Of a DNA stretch of 64,000 bases, positions 26,440 through 35,675 are shown in pieces. Numbering within the stretch: the stretch's first letter is position 1; every line of letters starts with the position of its first letter. Both the position numbers and the translations under genes were made by a program. The stretch is from Nitrospinales bacterium (lineage in GTDB: Bacteria > Nitrospinota > Nitrospinia > Nitrospinales > VA-1), in assembly GCA_965223795.1 (NCBI GenBank), contig CBDCXL010000002.1, positions 224,001-288,000 of the forward strand. Direction: 5' to 3'. The notes below the pieces were generated by a model that had not been told where the DNA came from, ran no database searches, and worked only from the letters and a program-made list of their open reading frames with translations.

Positions 26440-27573
26440 TCAAGTTTTCACGAAAAAGACCGGCTTGATCTCCGGCCCGAAATTTTCCGCAACCTTCGCC
26501 TCGATAAGCTCTTTGAAATTTTCGGTCACGTTGAAAAAATGAATGGCGTCACCGCAGAAAATTTCCAGCGTATTGCCATCGATCCCGCCGAAGGCCAGCG
26601 GCTCGATCCAGTTTTCGAAATTCTCCGGGTTGACCACTTCCTCGATCTGGGCGATCAGGCGCAGCCAATCGGCAGGCGTGACCGGGACAACGGGAAATTT
26701 TTTCCCAGGCGGAGCCTGCGCCGCGGCAGATTTTGCCTGCTGGACGATTTTCCCGGCCTCGGTCAGATAATCGTCCACCTGGCCGCCGAACACAGCGATA
26801 TTGCGCGGCTTTTTCTTGCGCACCAAGTGCGGGTCCCGCGAGCGCAAAAACAGCACCCAGGCCACGCACAGGGTTTCCAGGTCGGCGATTTTCAGCAGGT
26901 CCTCGACGCGCTTCCGGTCCTTCGCCGCCTGCCCCTTGCCTGATTTTCTGGGGAGGGGGGAATTCAAAACCCGTTGGTGGGCGTCCGATGCGAATTCCAG
27001 GAACGATTCTGGATCGCCTTTACCCTCCCCCCCCTGAAAACTGAAAACCGAAAACTGAAAACCGAAAACTGAAAACTGAAAGGTTGAATTTTGTTGAGCT
27101 TTTGTTGGAACATCCCTTGAACATGATTTCAACGCACGTTCGACTTCTTGGGCCTTTTGTTTGCTTTGAGTTTCGGTGTTTTTCTCTTTTCCAAGCAGTT
27201 TTTCCACCCGTTTTTTTGCAGAAATTTTCCCCGCTTTTGAATTTTTCTTTCGCATTTCCTGTTGCTTGATGCGTTCTTCGAGCAAACGCTTGTGGGTCAA
27301 AAATCCGTCCTTTTCCGGATGCTGTATGAAGCATGTTCGGATCTTGTCGCCCGATCCATCGAACCACTTTTCCCCCAATTTGGAGAACTCAGCCAGGGCC
27401 TGGTCGTCATCCTCGATAGCGCAGTCCTTGTCATCCCAGGTGAAGCACAAAAGCCGCATGTAGGCCCCCTGCTCTTCCAGGGTCATTCTGGACATTTTCT
27501 TTGATGACAACCAATCGCTCGGGAAAAACTGAAAGAACGGGGAATAGGACTCGATCTGCGATGCCATAAGCAC
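26440..27573 (-). CDS. Phage replication initiator (DUF1376/YdaU N-terminus plus DnaA_N-like C-terminus)
   Basis: PFFQFFPSDWL...MTLEEQGAYMRLL; C-terminal WLRLIAQIEE...NFENWIEPL. Confidence 0.85.
   Translation of the reverse strand: MLMASQIESYSPFFQFFPSDWLSSKKMSRMTLEEQGAYMRLLCFTWDDKDCAIEDDDQALAEFSKLGEKWFDGSGDKIRTCFIQHPEKDGFLTHKRLLEERIKQQEMRKKNSKAGKISAKKRVEKLLGKEKNTETQSKQKAQEVERALKSCSRDVPTKAQQNSTFQFSVFGFQFSVFSFQGGEGKGDPESFLEFASDAHQRVLNSPLPRKSGKGQAAKDRKRVEDLLKIADLETLCVAWVLFLRSRDPHLVRKKKPRNIAVFGGQVDDYLTEAGKIVQQAKSAAAQAPPGKKFPVVPVTPADWLRLIAQIEEVVNPENFENWIEPLAFGGIDGNTLEIFCGDAIHFFNVTENFKELIEAKVAENFGPEIKPVFFVKT
27027..27081. repeat. C8 tract plus about 7 tandem CYGAAAA heptamers inside the initiator gene
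   Basis: ctgaaaa ctgaaaa ccgaaaa ctgaaaa ccgaaaa ctgaaaa ctgaaa at 27034-27081. Confidence 0.95.
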
Positions 27574-27577
27574 AATC

Positions 27578-28180
27578 TCACTCCGTCTTTAAAAGTTCTT
27601 CAATGCTGTTGTATTCGGGAAGCTGCTCGACAATCCACTGTGCACCCAAGTGCTGTTCTTCTTCGGTGAAAGATTTCGATTTTGTGAATCCATTACGCCT
27701 GATTTGAAACATGATCGGTTTTTTCCCGCCAACAAAGGTTGAATGCTTGTATTTCGTTTTCGGCCTGAGATTGGCACCGCGTCTCCGGCGCTGTTTCCGG
27801 TTGATTGGGTTTTCTTCCTTCGGGGGATCTTTCTGGGGAGGGGGTGTGTACGGGGGTGCTTCGACTTCGTCCCGCGTTTCCTGCGTGAATTTTTCTTCGG
27901 CCGGATCTTCCGCTAATTCTTCATCGGTGACCGGCTCCGGGTCGGGATCTTCCTGCGGGGAGTCTTCCTTTTTCGCTCCATTCGATTTTCCGGTCTTGAG
28001 TTTGACAACCCGTTCGGATTCGTCAAAAGTATTTCCCCCTGTCAGTTCCGTGCCAGAAAGGAAAAACTCCAAAGTCGCGTTGACCTCGGCCAGCTCGAAC
28101 TCGAGGACGCGCCGCCGCAGTTTCAGAAATTCCACAATCTGGCTTTGATTCACCCGGTCGTGGGTGCATTTCAATTCCAT
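27578..28180 (-). CDS. Hypothetical protein, possibly with a degenerate AP2-like C-terminus
   Basis: 200 aa; acidic linker; KYK...FQIRRNG...F.EEE. Confidence 0.6.
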   Translation of the reverse strand: MELKCTHDRVNQSQIVEFLKLRRRVLEFELAEVNATLEFFLSGTELTGGNTFDESERVVKLKTGKSNGAKKEDSPQEDPDPEPVTDEELAEDPAEEKFTQETRDEVEAPPYTPPPQKDPPKEENPINRKQRRRRGANLRPKTKYKHSTFVGGKKPIMFQIRRNGFTKSKSFTEEEQHLGAQWIVEQLPEYNSIEELLKTE

Positions 28181-28329
28181 TGATGCCGCCTTTCTCTTTT
28201 CACACTATCGATCAGCATGATCACGCGATATAAATTTCTTGCCGTATTCAATAGCGTTTTGATTGGCAAAAATTCGGCGTCGCGCAAAACCTCAGCCAGC
28301 AGTTTTTGAATTTCACCGTCAGAGATCAT
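28171..28329 (-). CDS. Hypothetical 52-aa protein (below ORF-track cutoff)
   Basis: MISDGEIQKLLAEVLRDAEF...RRHQWN*; overlaps the next start. Confidence 0.5.
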   Translation of the reverse strand: MISDGEIQKLLAEVLRDAEFLPIKTLLNTARNLYRVIMLIDSVKRERRHQWN

Positions 28330-28332
28330 TTC

Positions 28333-28370
28333 TACACACTTGTGTGTATAAATACACCAAACTACACACT
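28333..28370. promoter_or_regulatory. Operator-like palindrome with extra half-sites
   Basis: TACACAC-TT-GTGTGTA (28333-28348), plus TACACC and TACACAC copies downstream. Confidence 0.5.
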
Positions 28371-28574
28371 TTTAAATTCGCCGTTGGTCAGATACCCGTG
28401 CCATCCGCAATCACACACGATGCTGGGGCTCAATGTCGGCTTATCACGATCGCCGTTCCATTCCCATGATGCCCCCTCACTTTTCGGGTCAATGGAAATC
28501 ACAGAATAACCTTTGCATCCAGGGCACTGAATCCGGGCCGTGTCACTCCGGAAATGAAATTTTTCCTGATTCAT
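28362..28574 (-). CDS. DUF6527-like protein
   Basis: CPGC...WEWNGDRDKPTLSPSI...CGWHGYLTNG. Confidence 0.75.
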   Translation of the reverse strand: MNQEKFHFRSDTARIQCPGCKGYSVISIDPKSEGASWEWNGDRDKPTLSPSIVCDCGWHGYLTNGEFKSV

Positions 28575-28731
28575 CTTTCAAAACCTCGGCTTCCTTCTGC
28601 TGGTGGCAGGGGCAATCACAATACGAATTCACCCAGTAATTCGGCATGATGTAGGGGCGACTGACAACCCCGTTGATGCACTCACAACATAGCTTTTCAT
28701 AGTGCGGTTCGGTTTGTTCCGGCATGGTCAT
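28543..28731 (-). CDS. Hypothetical Cys-rich protein
   Basis: CCEC...CDCPCH; ATGA coupling. Confidence 0.5.
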   Translation of the reverse strand: MTMPEQTEPHYEKLCCECINGVVSRPYIMPNYWVNSYCDCPCHQQKEAEVLKDESGKISFPE

Positions 28732-28922
28732 TCGTCGATGTAAACTTGATCCTCGGCATCGGACAATTCGATCACACCAAAGATGCCCATAGGTGAACTG
28801 CTGTCCCCCTGCCAGTGCAGGCCAACCGGTTTTTCAACGCCCATCTCACTTTCAAGAAACTTCGCTTCAAATTCAGTTTCCGGGATCAAATGCAGATCCC
28901 CCTGGTGGTATTCGACTTTCAT
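28728..28922 (-). CDS. Hypothetical protein
   Basis: 64 aa with GGAG SD. Confidence 0.55.
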   Translation of the reverse strand: MKVEYHQGDLHLIPETEFEAKFLESEMGVEKPVGLHWQGDSSSPMGIFGVIELSDAEDQVYIDE

Positions 28923-29017
28923 GGTTTCTCCAAAAAGTTATGTGCTCCTGGCCGGTGCGATCAGTTCCGGTGTGGTTCCCGCCACATCCCCTGGGGAAAG
29001 GGCCGCAGGAGCGATTT

Positions 29018-29356
29018 TCAGCTGTTCTGGGTTTCCATCGGCAGGGTCAGTTGATCGCGGCGCTTCCTCAAACTTTCCAAGCGATCCTGCCCATTTTTGA
29101 TTTCGTGCTCAAGGTTGGCGATCTGCCTTTGGTTCTCCCGCATTTCATAAAGATTTTCCAGGCTCTCGATCATGTGGTTTTTGTGATCCTCAACCAGCCG
29201 TTCCGCTTTGGCCTGGAGTTCCTTTGTGGCCTTTTCCGGGTCCTCCCCTTCATCGAGAGTCGCCCGCAAAGAAATTGCAGGCCGAAGGTTGGAATAGCTC
29301 TCGAATGGATGGTTGACCGTTCGGCCGGCGTGGACCGTGATTTCCTCGATTTTCAT
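29018..29356 (-). CDS. Hypothetical protein
   Basis: MKIEEITV.AGRT.NHPFESYSN.RP; SD AAAGGAAG. Confidence 0.65.
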   Translation of the reverse strand: MKIEEITVHAGRTVNHPFESYSNLRPAISLRATLDEGEDPEKATKELQAKAERLVEDHKNHMIESLENLYEMRENQRQIANLEHEIKNGQDRLESLRKRRDQLTLPMETQNS

Positions 29357-29370
29357 TTGGCTTCCTTTCT

Positions 29371-29610
29371 CTAAGTTGTGATCCCCAAAACGCAATAATC
29401 CGGATCAATGCCGAATTGCGATCCTTTCATTTTGAAAGTCACCCATACGCGCAACTGCTCTCCGGTGTAGCCACTGTTGGGCGAATACTCTTTAAGGATC
29501 AACACATCGCCCACCTTGAAATTCCGGTCATTTTTCCGAACCTCAAAGCGCTTGAGCCCAATCCTCACCGGGTGAAAATATTCCGGCCAAGTTTTCAATT
29601 CGTGAATCAT
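29371..29610 (-). CDS. DUF3850/ASCH-like (PUA-fold) protein
   Basis: HELKTWPEYF..V..G.KRFEVRKNDRNFKVGD.L.L.E. Confidence 0.85.
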   Translation of the reverse strand: MIHELKTWPEYFHPVRIGLKRFEVRKNDRNFKVGDVLILKEYSPNSGYTGEQLRVWVTFKMKGSQFGIDPDYCVLGITT

Positions 29611-29705
29611 AATGTTCCCTCCTATCCCCCGGAGACTGCCCCGGAGCTTACGGGTCAGCCAGGGGAAGGGTTTCCGGAAAACCCTTTTCAGGGGTCCGCG
29701 GTTGG

Positions 29706-30161
29706 TTAAACTTTGTTTAAAATAGCCTTCTCTCCAAAATGCTGGACAGCCGCGCGGTTGTATGCCGAAGCGGCTTCCTTTTCGCTTTTATAGGTTCCCA
29801 GGCAAATCCTTTTGCCATTCACCCTGATTCGGGATCTCCAACCCTTCCCCATTCGGTCAACCCCGGTGAATTGGGATTTGCTCCCTTCTCTCGATTTGCG
29901 CAGCCCCGGCCTTGGCGCCATGTTTCCCAGGATGGTTTTTGACTTGTGGCACAGGCGGCAAAGCAGCTGACACTTTTTCAATTCAGGTTCGATTTTCGTC
30001 CAGGAATGTGTGAGAAATTCGCCGACGTGTAAGGATTTTTGTGACGGGTCTATGTGATCGAATTCCAGCTTTTCGGTGGATTGACACTGAACACAACGGC
30101 CACCAAGGAATTCGATGATTTTTTGCCTTCTGGTTCGATAGAATTTTTGCCCCTTGTTCAT
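29706..30161 (-). CDS. HNH endonuclease with C-terminal AP2 domain
   Basis: CVQC...LEFDHIDP...KCQLLCRLCH; SQFTGV...WRSRI...LGTY..EKEAASAYN. Confidence 0.9.
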   Translation of the reverse strand: MNKGQKFYRTRRQKIIEFLGGRCVQCQSTEKLEFDHIDPSQKSLHVGEFLTHSWTKIEPELKKCQLLCRLCHKSKTILGNMAPRPGLRKSREGSKSQFTGVDRMGKGWRSRIRVNGKRICLGTYKSEKEAASAYNRAAVQHFGEKAILNKV

Positions 30162-30386
30162 AAGATTCACCCCAAAAAAATGGACCACAGCAACCCAAAC
30201 CAAGCAGATTCAGGGCGTGGTCCATGAAGCCAAAATGAAGCCGCATCCTGCGAAAACGGCCGAAATTCCTGTATTTTTTGGAATGAGTGTGTATAAAGAA
30301 GAACTGCGGAGATAGCGGCCTAAGTGACCGAATTGAAAAACCTTGTTTGTGCTCAACCCCAAACGCCGAAAATTATCTTTTTTATC

Positions 30387-30431
30387 CTGGGGGTCAAGTG
30401 GTCGGAGGTTCAAATCCTCTCGTCCCGACCA
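30387..30431 (+). tRNA. 3' fragment of tRNA-Pro(GGG); prophage att core (attR-like)
   Basis: CTGGGGG-TCAAG-TGGTC-GGAGGTTCAAATCCTCT-CGTCCCG-ACCA; no D arm or 5' acceptor strand upstream. Confidence 0.9.
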
Positions 30432-30436
30432 TATAA

Positions 30437-30480
30437 AACAAGGGGTTGTGGAAATCCTCCGCAGCCCCTTGTTGCTTTTG
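30437..30480 (+). terminator. Terminator downstream of the tRNA fragment
   Basis: AACAAGGGGTTGTGGA...TCCGCAGCCCCTTGTT stem then gctttt. Confidence 0.7.
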
Positions 30481-30653
30481 GGACCCGATTTTGCTGCCTT
30501 ACAATGAAACTCCATTCACAAATGCCGCTCTTCCGTGGCCTAATCCAAAGGGTGAATGGTAGACTGGGAGCACCCATTTTGGTTGTGAATGGACTGGCCA
30601 AAAGGAATCCAAGTTCAGGAGCTGAAAATAAAACTCAAACAGAGGGCCTTCCA

Positions 30654-30986
30654 ATGCGAAACTCTTTCGTTGCATTCGCCGTCCTGTTTCTATTCACGGC
30701 GTTATTCATTTCTGACGCCAGCGCTTTTGGTCCGAGAGATCAGGGAAGTCAGGATTCCGAGAGCATCCGCGATCCTTTTCCCCATAAGAGCAAGCTCAAA
30801 ATCGATAACAAGAGAATCAAAAGCAGAACAGGTGTGACCACAACAACGGGCGGGGCCAAAGCCACCCGCAAACTCCCAGCGTCCTCATCCGCAAAGTCAA
30901 CAAACCAAGGTTCCCCAAAGTCTTCCGGCTCTAATGGCGGCGTCAGTGGAAACGTTTCGGGTGGCCCCAAACTCAAAATCCCGTAA
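30654..30986 (+). CDS. Small secreted hypothetical protein
   Basis: Signal MRNSFVAFAVLFLFTALFISDASA; SD GAGGG; low-complexity tail. Confidence 0.7.
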   Translation: MRNSFVAFAVLFLFTALFISDASAFGPRDQGSQDSESIRDPFPHKSKLKIDNKRIKSRTGVTTTTGGAKATRKLPASSSAKSTNQGSPKSSGSNGGVSGNVSGGPKLKIP

Positions 30987-31442
30987 CGTGGAAGTTCTGA
31001 TCTTCCTGAAGCCTACTCCGCGTCTTTAGGGAGAAATTTCCAATCCGCTCGTCCGGCTTCCTAAATAACGGCTTGCGGCAAATGTTTTCCCTGTAATGGG
31101 GCGTTCCCCATTTGAATGTTTTGTGCTGTTTGGGCATAAAATTGACAACCCGATCCACGGGTTGAATTCGATTCTTTTCGCGTTCACCCTCCCCCTGAAT
31201 TTTTCTCCCCGTCTGGCCCTTAATAATTTCCTTATTTAACAGGTATTGAGAACCGCCTCTCCTGATGCCGCGCGGAACGGCTTTGGGATTCATTCCCCTT
31301 TGTTCGCCCTTCCGATGTCATGGCCCGTTTGAGCCATTATTTTTTATTTTCCCCTGAGAACGATTGCTTTTTTCAGCCACGGGCTTACCTTATTGAGACT
31401 TCGACAGCTAAATGGATGCATCAATCGCTGAAGGTCCTTCGC

Positions 31443-33638
31443 ATGCGTACCCCTACCCGCACAGGTCTGGGCTGTCTCACCGTATGGATCGGCACGCTGG
31501 CGCTGCCGGTGTCCCCCGCTTACGGAAGAACCGCCGATGTGCTGGAGATGGACCTGGTGCAGTTGATGGACCAGGAGGTGGTCACGCCGTCGAGGACCGC
31601 GCAAAAAATTTCCGAAGCGCCCGGCACCGTGATCGTGGTGACGCGGCAGCAGATCCGCGAGCGGGGTTACGTGAACCTCGTGGATGTCCTTGAGGACCTT
31701 CCCAGCATCGACGTTCAACGCCAGTCGGCTCCCAATCCCTACAACCGTATCGGTTTCCGCGGCATCGTCGACAACAATCAATTCATCATTCTGCAAAACG
31801 GATTTCGCATCAGCGCCCCCACCGGTGAGAACGTTCCGATCGACCACAATTTTCCGGTCTTTCACGCCAGCCGGGTCGAGGTGATTTACGGCCCGGTCTC
31901 CGCTCTGTATGGCGCCGACGCGTTCACGGGTGTCATCAACATCATCACGGACAAGGCGGAATCGATCGATGGCGCCGAAATCTCTTCGGCCATCGGCACC
32001 GACGATTATTTCTACAACTATTTGAACTTCGGCAAGTCTTTAACCGACAAGATCGACGTCACGGTCGGCGGCCACTGGCACACTTCGGAAAACCCGGATC
32101 TGTCCGATGTCTATCCCGACCGCTATCAGGGGTTCCAGAGCGACCTGTTCAATGATGACGGCAGCGTGTTTCAAAGCGCGGCGGATAGAACCGATGTCTA
32201 TTTCGGGGAAACGGGCAGCTACAGCGTCTACATGGAGCTGGATTTCCTGAAAAAGTTCAATGTCGGTTTCACCCGCTCGTTTCTCAGCCATCCCTCCACG
32301 GTGAACGCCCGGCCCGACCGGGCGCTGTTCAGCGAGGATTCGGTGCTCAAGACCCTGCACCAGACGGTGCACGGAAAATTCAAATTCGATGTCACTCCCT
32401 CGCTTTCCGGCATCGCGTCTGTGGACTATTCCTACTATGAACTGCTGCCGGACAGCAAATTCACCAACGACGTCGGCGGTTTCAACGCGTTCAAATACGC
32501 GGAAGGGGAAAAGCTGAAATTCGAGCAGCAGTTGAATTATCGATACGACAAGAACCATCAGCTGGTCGGCGGAATCCTGTTCGAGGATTTCAATGCGCTG
32601 CCGCGCACCGCCGATCTTCCGCAAAAATTCGATCCGGACAAGGCTCCCCAGGACCAGGGGCTGCTGTACCCGAACACGAACATTCCCATCCTGTTCTTCA
32701 ATGTCGAATACCAGAACTACGGCGCCTACATTCAGGCGCAATCGCAATGGACGGACTGGTTTTCCACCACCCTCGGCACCCGGTTCGATTACGACTCCCG
32801 CTTCGGCGAGACCTTCAATCCGCGTGCGGGGGCGATCTTCAAGCCGCACAAGGACACGGTGCTCGAAGTTCTGTACAGCGAGGCGTTTCTGGCTCCGTCG
32901 CCGCAGCGTTCTTTCCAGCACTTCGGTTCCTTCGACGGCACGGTGAACGCCGATGGACTGTTCGAAGCGTTTTTCTTTTTCATCCCCAACCCGGATCTCC
33001 AGCCGGAAAAAACCCGGACGGTCGAGCTCAATGTGACCCAGAACGTGACCCAGGATTTCATCGTGACGCTCACCGGATTTTACACGCGGGTGGAGGACAT
33101 CATCGAAACGGTGCGGCTCAACGAACCGTCGAACTTCATTCCCGGCGCGGTGATCCTGGCGCCGCGGCGCGCGGAAAACGTGGGCGAAGCCACCGTGTTC
33201 GGCGGCGATGTGCGAATGGATTACCAGACGAACCTCAACCGCTTCAATCTCAAATTCTGGGCCAACTACTCCTGGGTGGACGGCAAGATCGACACCGGGG
33301 CGGGCACTTCCGAACCGCTGCCGCATGTGTCGCGCAACAAGGTGCGCACCGGACTGACACTCACTTACAACCGGAACTATTACATCACGCCGCGTTTCAT
33401 CTGGAGCGATAAAGCCGCGATCTTCCCTTCCGATTCATTCCAGAAAACCGATCCTTACGGCGTGCTGCACCTGCATGCGGGGGTGCACAAGATTTACAAG
33501 GGACTCTCCGGCTTCATCGACGTGCGCAACGTGCTCGACATAAAATATTTTCACACGGGAAACGCAAACAACCGGGATTTCGACAACGCGCCGCAGGACC
33601 CGAGACGCATCGTGGTGGGATTGAAATACAAATTTTAA
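31443..33638 (+). CDS. TonB-dependent receptor
   Basis: Plug motif RVEVIYGPVSALYGADAFTGVINIIT, NPDLQPE, terminal F. Confidence 0.95.
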   Translation: MRTPTRTGLGCLTVWIGTLALPVSPAYGRTADVLEMDLVQLMDQEVVTPSRTAQKISEAPGTVIVVTRQQIRERGYVNLVDVLEDLPSIDVQRQSAPNPYNRIGFRGIVDNNQFIILQNGFRISAPTGENVPIDHNFPVFHASRVEVIYGPVSALYGADAFTGVINIITDKAESIDGAEISSAIGTDDYFYNYLNFGKSLTDKIDVTVGGHWHTSENPDLSDVYPDRYQGFQSDLFNDDGSVFQSAADRTDVYFGETGSYSVYMELDFLKKFNVGFTRSFLSHPSTVNARPDRALFSEDSVLKTLHQTVHGKFKFDVTPSLSGIASVDYSYYELLPDSKFTNDVGGFNAFKYAEGEKLKFEQQLNYRYDKNHQLVGGILFEDFNALPRTADLPQKFDPDKAPQDQGLLYPNTNIPILFFNVEYQNYGAYIQAQSQWTDWFSTTLGTRFDYDSRFGETFNPRAGAIFKPHKDTVLEVLYSEAFLAPSPQRSFQHFGSFDGTVNADGLFEAFFFFIPNPDLQPEKTRTVELNVTQNVTQDFIVTLTGFYTRVEDIIETVRLNEPSNFIPGAVILAPRRAENVGEATVFGGDVRMDYQTNLNRFNLKFWANYSWVDGKIDTGAGTSEPLPHVSRNKVRTGLTLTYNRNYYITPRFIWSDKAAIFPSDSFQKTDPYGVLHLHAGVHKIYKGLSGFIDVRNVLDIKYFHTGNANNRDFDNAPQDPRRIVVGLKYKF

Positions 33639-33724
33639 ACGCAGAGATTTTTATAAAGGATTCAGAGTAGTGCCACTCGATGGCCGCCACACACACGGTG
33701 TCTCCCTCTCTTTTAGGGAATATT

Positions 33725-34321
33725 TCAGGGGATCGAAGAACGGGTCACGCCGGCGGTCAGTGCAAAACGCATGGCTTCCTCCATGCTGAGATCCACCGGC
33801 TCGACCGCGCTTCTGGGCACCAGCACCGCGTAGCCGCCGATCATGTAACTCATCGGCAGGTAGACGAGAACCTGATCCTCGCATTTCAATCCACCGGGCA
33901 GGTTTTGCGAATCCGCCTGCGTCACAAAACCGATCACCTGCAAACCGTTGTCGGAAAGTGTGACGGCCACGACCTGCTCGAACTCCTTCTTGCTGACCGG
34001 TGAGAAATAATCGAAAAAGTCGCGGATGGCCCGGTACACCGATTTGATCAACGGCATGTGGTACAGAAGCTGTTCTCCTTTTTCAAACACCTTCTGCACC
34101 ACGTAAGTGTGCATCAAAAGCCCAAGCAGAAACATCCCCAGCAAGCCCGCGACCACACCCATTCCCGGCCAGTACGGGCTCTGCGGAAACAGCCAGCGCA
34201 CCAGACCTCCCATGGCGGATTCTGCGGACACTGCAAGCCAATAGAGGAGATACAGTGTGAGAAACACGGGAAGTATGGTGACCAATCCTGTGATCATATT
34301 TCTACTGATAAATCTCATCAT
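33725..34321 (-). CDS. DUF502 membrane protein
   Basis: ITGLVTILP..LT...PLIKSVY...IGFVT...VYLP...MEEAM. Confidence 0.85.
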   Translation of the reverse strand: MMRFISRNMITGLVTILPVFLTLYLLYWLAVSAESAMGGLVRWLFPQSPYWPGMGVVAGLLGMFLLGLLMHTYVVQKVFEKGEQLLYHMPLIKSVYRAIRDFFDYFSPVSKKEFEQVVAVTLSDNGLQVIGFVTQADSQNLPGGLKCEDQVLVYLPMSYMIGGYAVLVPRSAVEPVDLSMEEAMRFALTAGVTRSSIP

Positions 34322-34424
34322 GGCAACTATCTCCATTTTCGGTATTGTGACGGGCGGATCGTCTTTTATAACTCTCCACCGCTTCGCCCTTTCAATTTTT
34401 TTCTCGTTTTGAATGAAGGGCGCT

Positions 34425-35675
34425 TCACTTTTGCTGATTGGAAGGAAGCTCGATGACAACCGTTGTGCCGACTTCCGGCTCATTCAACACGCTTATTTTT
34501 CCCCGATGCCGCTTGACGACTTTCCTGCAAATCGCAAGTCCGATCCCTGTTCCCTCGAAGGAATTTGCATTGTGCAGCCGGGTGAATGGTTCAAATATCT
34601 TATCAGCATATTGAGGATCGATACCGATTCCGTTATCGACGACTTTGATTTGACAAAATCCATTTTCAAGGCAACTCGCCTTCAAACAGACTCGGGGAGG
34701 AATGCCTTCTCTATGGTATTTAAGGGAATTGGAAATCAGGTTTTGCAGCAGCTGATGCAACTGGATGCGATCGCCATCGAGAGTGGGAAGAGGATCTGAG
34801 GTAATGATCCCACCGGTTTCTTCGATCTGCTCCGCCAGGTCTTCCAGGACTTCGTTGAGCAGTCCATTCAAATCGATCTTTTCAAAGGACACGGCTTCTT
34901 TACCGACTTTAGCCAATTGAAACAGATCTTCAGTGAGGTTATACATGCGTTTTGCCGATGCTTGAATGCGCTGCAGGAAATCGATTTTTTTGCACTCATC
35001 GAAATCGTCGCTCAAAAGACGATCGGTGAACAGGATGATTTTTCTCAACGGTTCCTTGAGGTCATGCGACGCCAGGTAAGCAAAATTTTCCAGTTCGCCG
35101 GCATATAGCCTGAGGTTTTCCTCAGAGCGTTTCTGTTCGATGACCAGACTGGCCAGGTTGGCCGAAAATTGGATGATCTTGATTTCATCCTCCTGCGGTG
35201 TGTGCACTTCTGTGAAAGTGAGTGCAAAGGTACCCAGCACATTGCCATTGGTCCCCAGAATGGGTGCGGAGCTGCAGGATTTCAATCCATGTACCGCGGC
35301 GAATTGCTTGTAATCCACCCAGAGGGGATCGGTGTCGATGTCCTCCACGATCACCATTTTTTTTGTGTAGGCCGCGGAACCGCACGATGCCGCCAAAGGA
35401 CCGATGACCAATCCGTTGAACGCCTCTCTCACCTCATCCGAAAAACTGGGTGTGGATCCGTCAACAAGCCGGGTCCCCGAATCGTCTAACAAAAAAATGG
35501 ACGCGTAACCGCCGCTGACTTCGCGTTCGACTCCCAGAGTGAGTGTGTCAAAAATTTCCTTCATCGTCCTGCCGGCAGCCAATTGTTCCAGCACGGAATT
35601 TTGCACGTTTAAATAGCGTGCCTGCATTTCAAACTCATTCGCCGTTTTCCGGCAGGGCGTATTCGACATCGTCAC
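34425..35675 (-). CDS. GAF sensor histidine kinase
   Basis: GAF (GSCG-like, DI.TDPLW), ASHDLKEPLR H-box, NLISNSLKY, DNGIG, GTGIGL. Confidence 0.95.
   Translation of the reverse strand: MTMSNTPCRKTANEFEMQARYLNVQNSVLEQLAAGRTMKEIFDTLTLGVEREVSGGYASIFLLDDSGTRLVDGSTPSFSDEVREAFNGLVIGPLAASCGSAAYTKKMVIVEDIDTDPLWVDYKQFAAVHGLKSCSSAPILGTNGNVLGTFALTFTEVHTPQEDEIKIIQFSANLASLVIEQKRSEENLRLYAGELENFAYLASHDLKEPLRKIILFTDRLLSDDFDECKKIDFLQRIQASAKRMYNLTEDLFQLAKVGKEAVSFEKIDLNGLLNEVLEDLAEQIEETGGIITSDPLPTLDGDRIQLHQLLQNLISNSLKYHREGIPPRVCLKASCLENGFCQIKVVDNGIGIDPQYADKIFEPFTRLHNANSFEGTGIGLAICRKVVKRHRGKISVLNEPEVGTTVVIELPSNQQK

Larger units (their letters stand above)
1..30431 (-). mobile_element. Lambda-like temperate siphovirus prophage (right part; continues beyond position 1), integrated at tRNA-Pro
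   Basis: Contiguous co-oriented replication, lysis, terminase, portal, capsid and tail genes ending at a tRNA 3' fragment; host genes follow. Confidence 0.95.

Noticed and set aside
29611..29705. Named ncRNA between HNH and DUF3850
   Set aside because: A hairpin (AAGGGTTT-CCGG-AAAACCCTT) and CCCCGGAG repeats are present but match no family I can recognise
30340..30431. Intact tRNA-Pro gene
   Set aside because: Only the anticodon loop to CCA is present; the upstream sequence cannot form D or acceptor stems
30210..30653. ORFs crossing the att site (30210..30515 and the 5' extension of 30324..30986)
   Set aside because: They translate tRNA and terminator sequence; the real start with SD and signal peptide is at 30654
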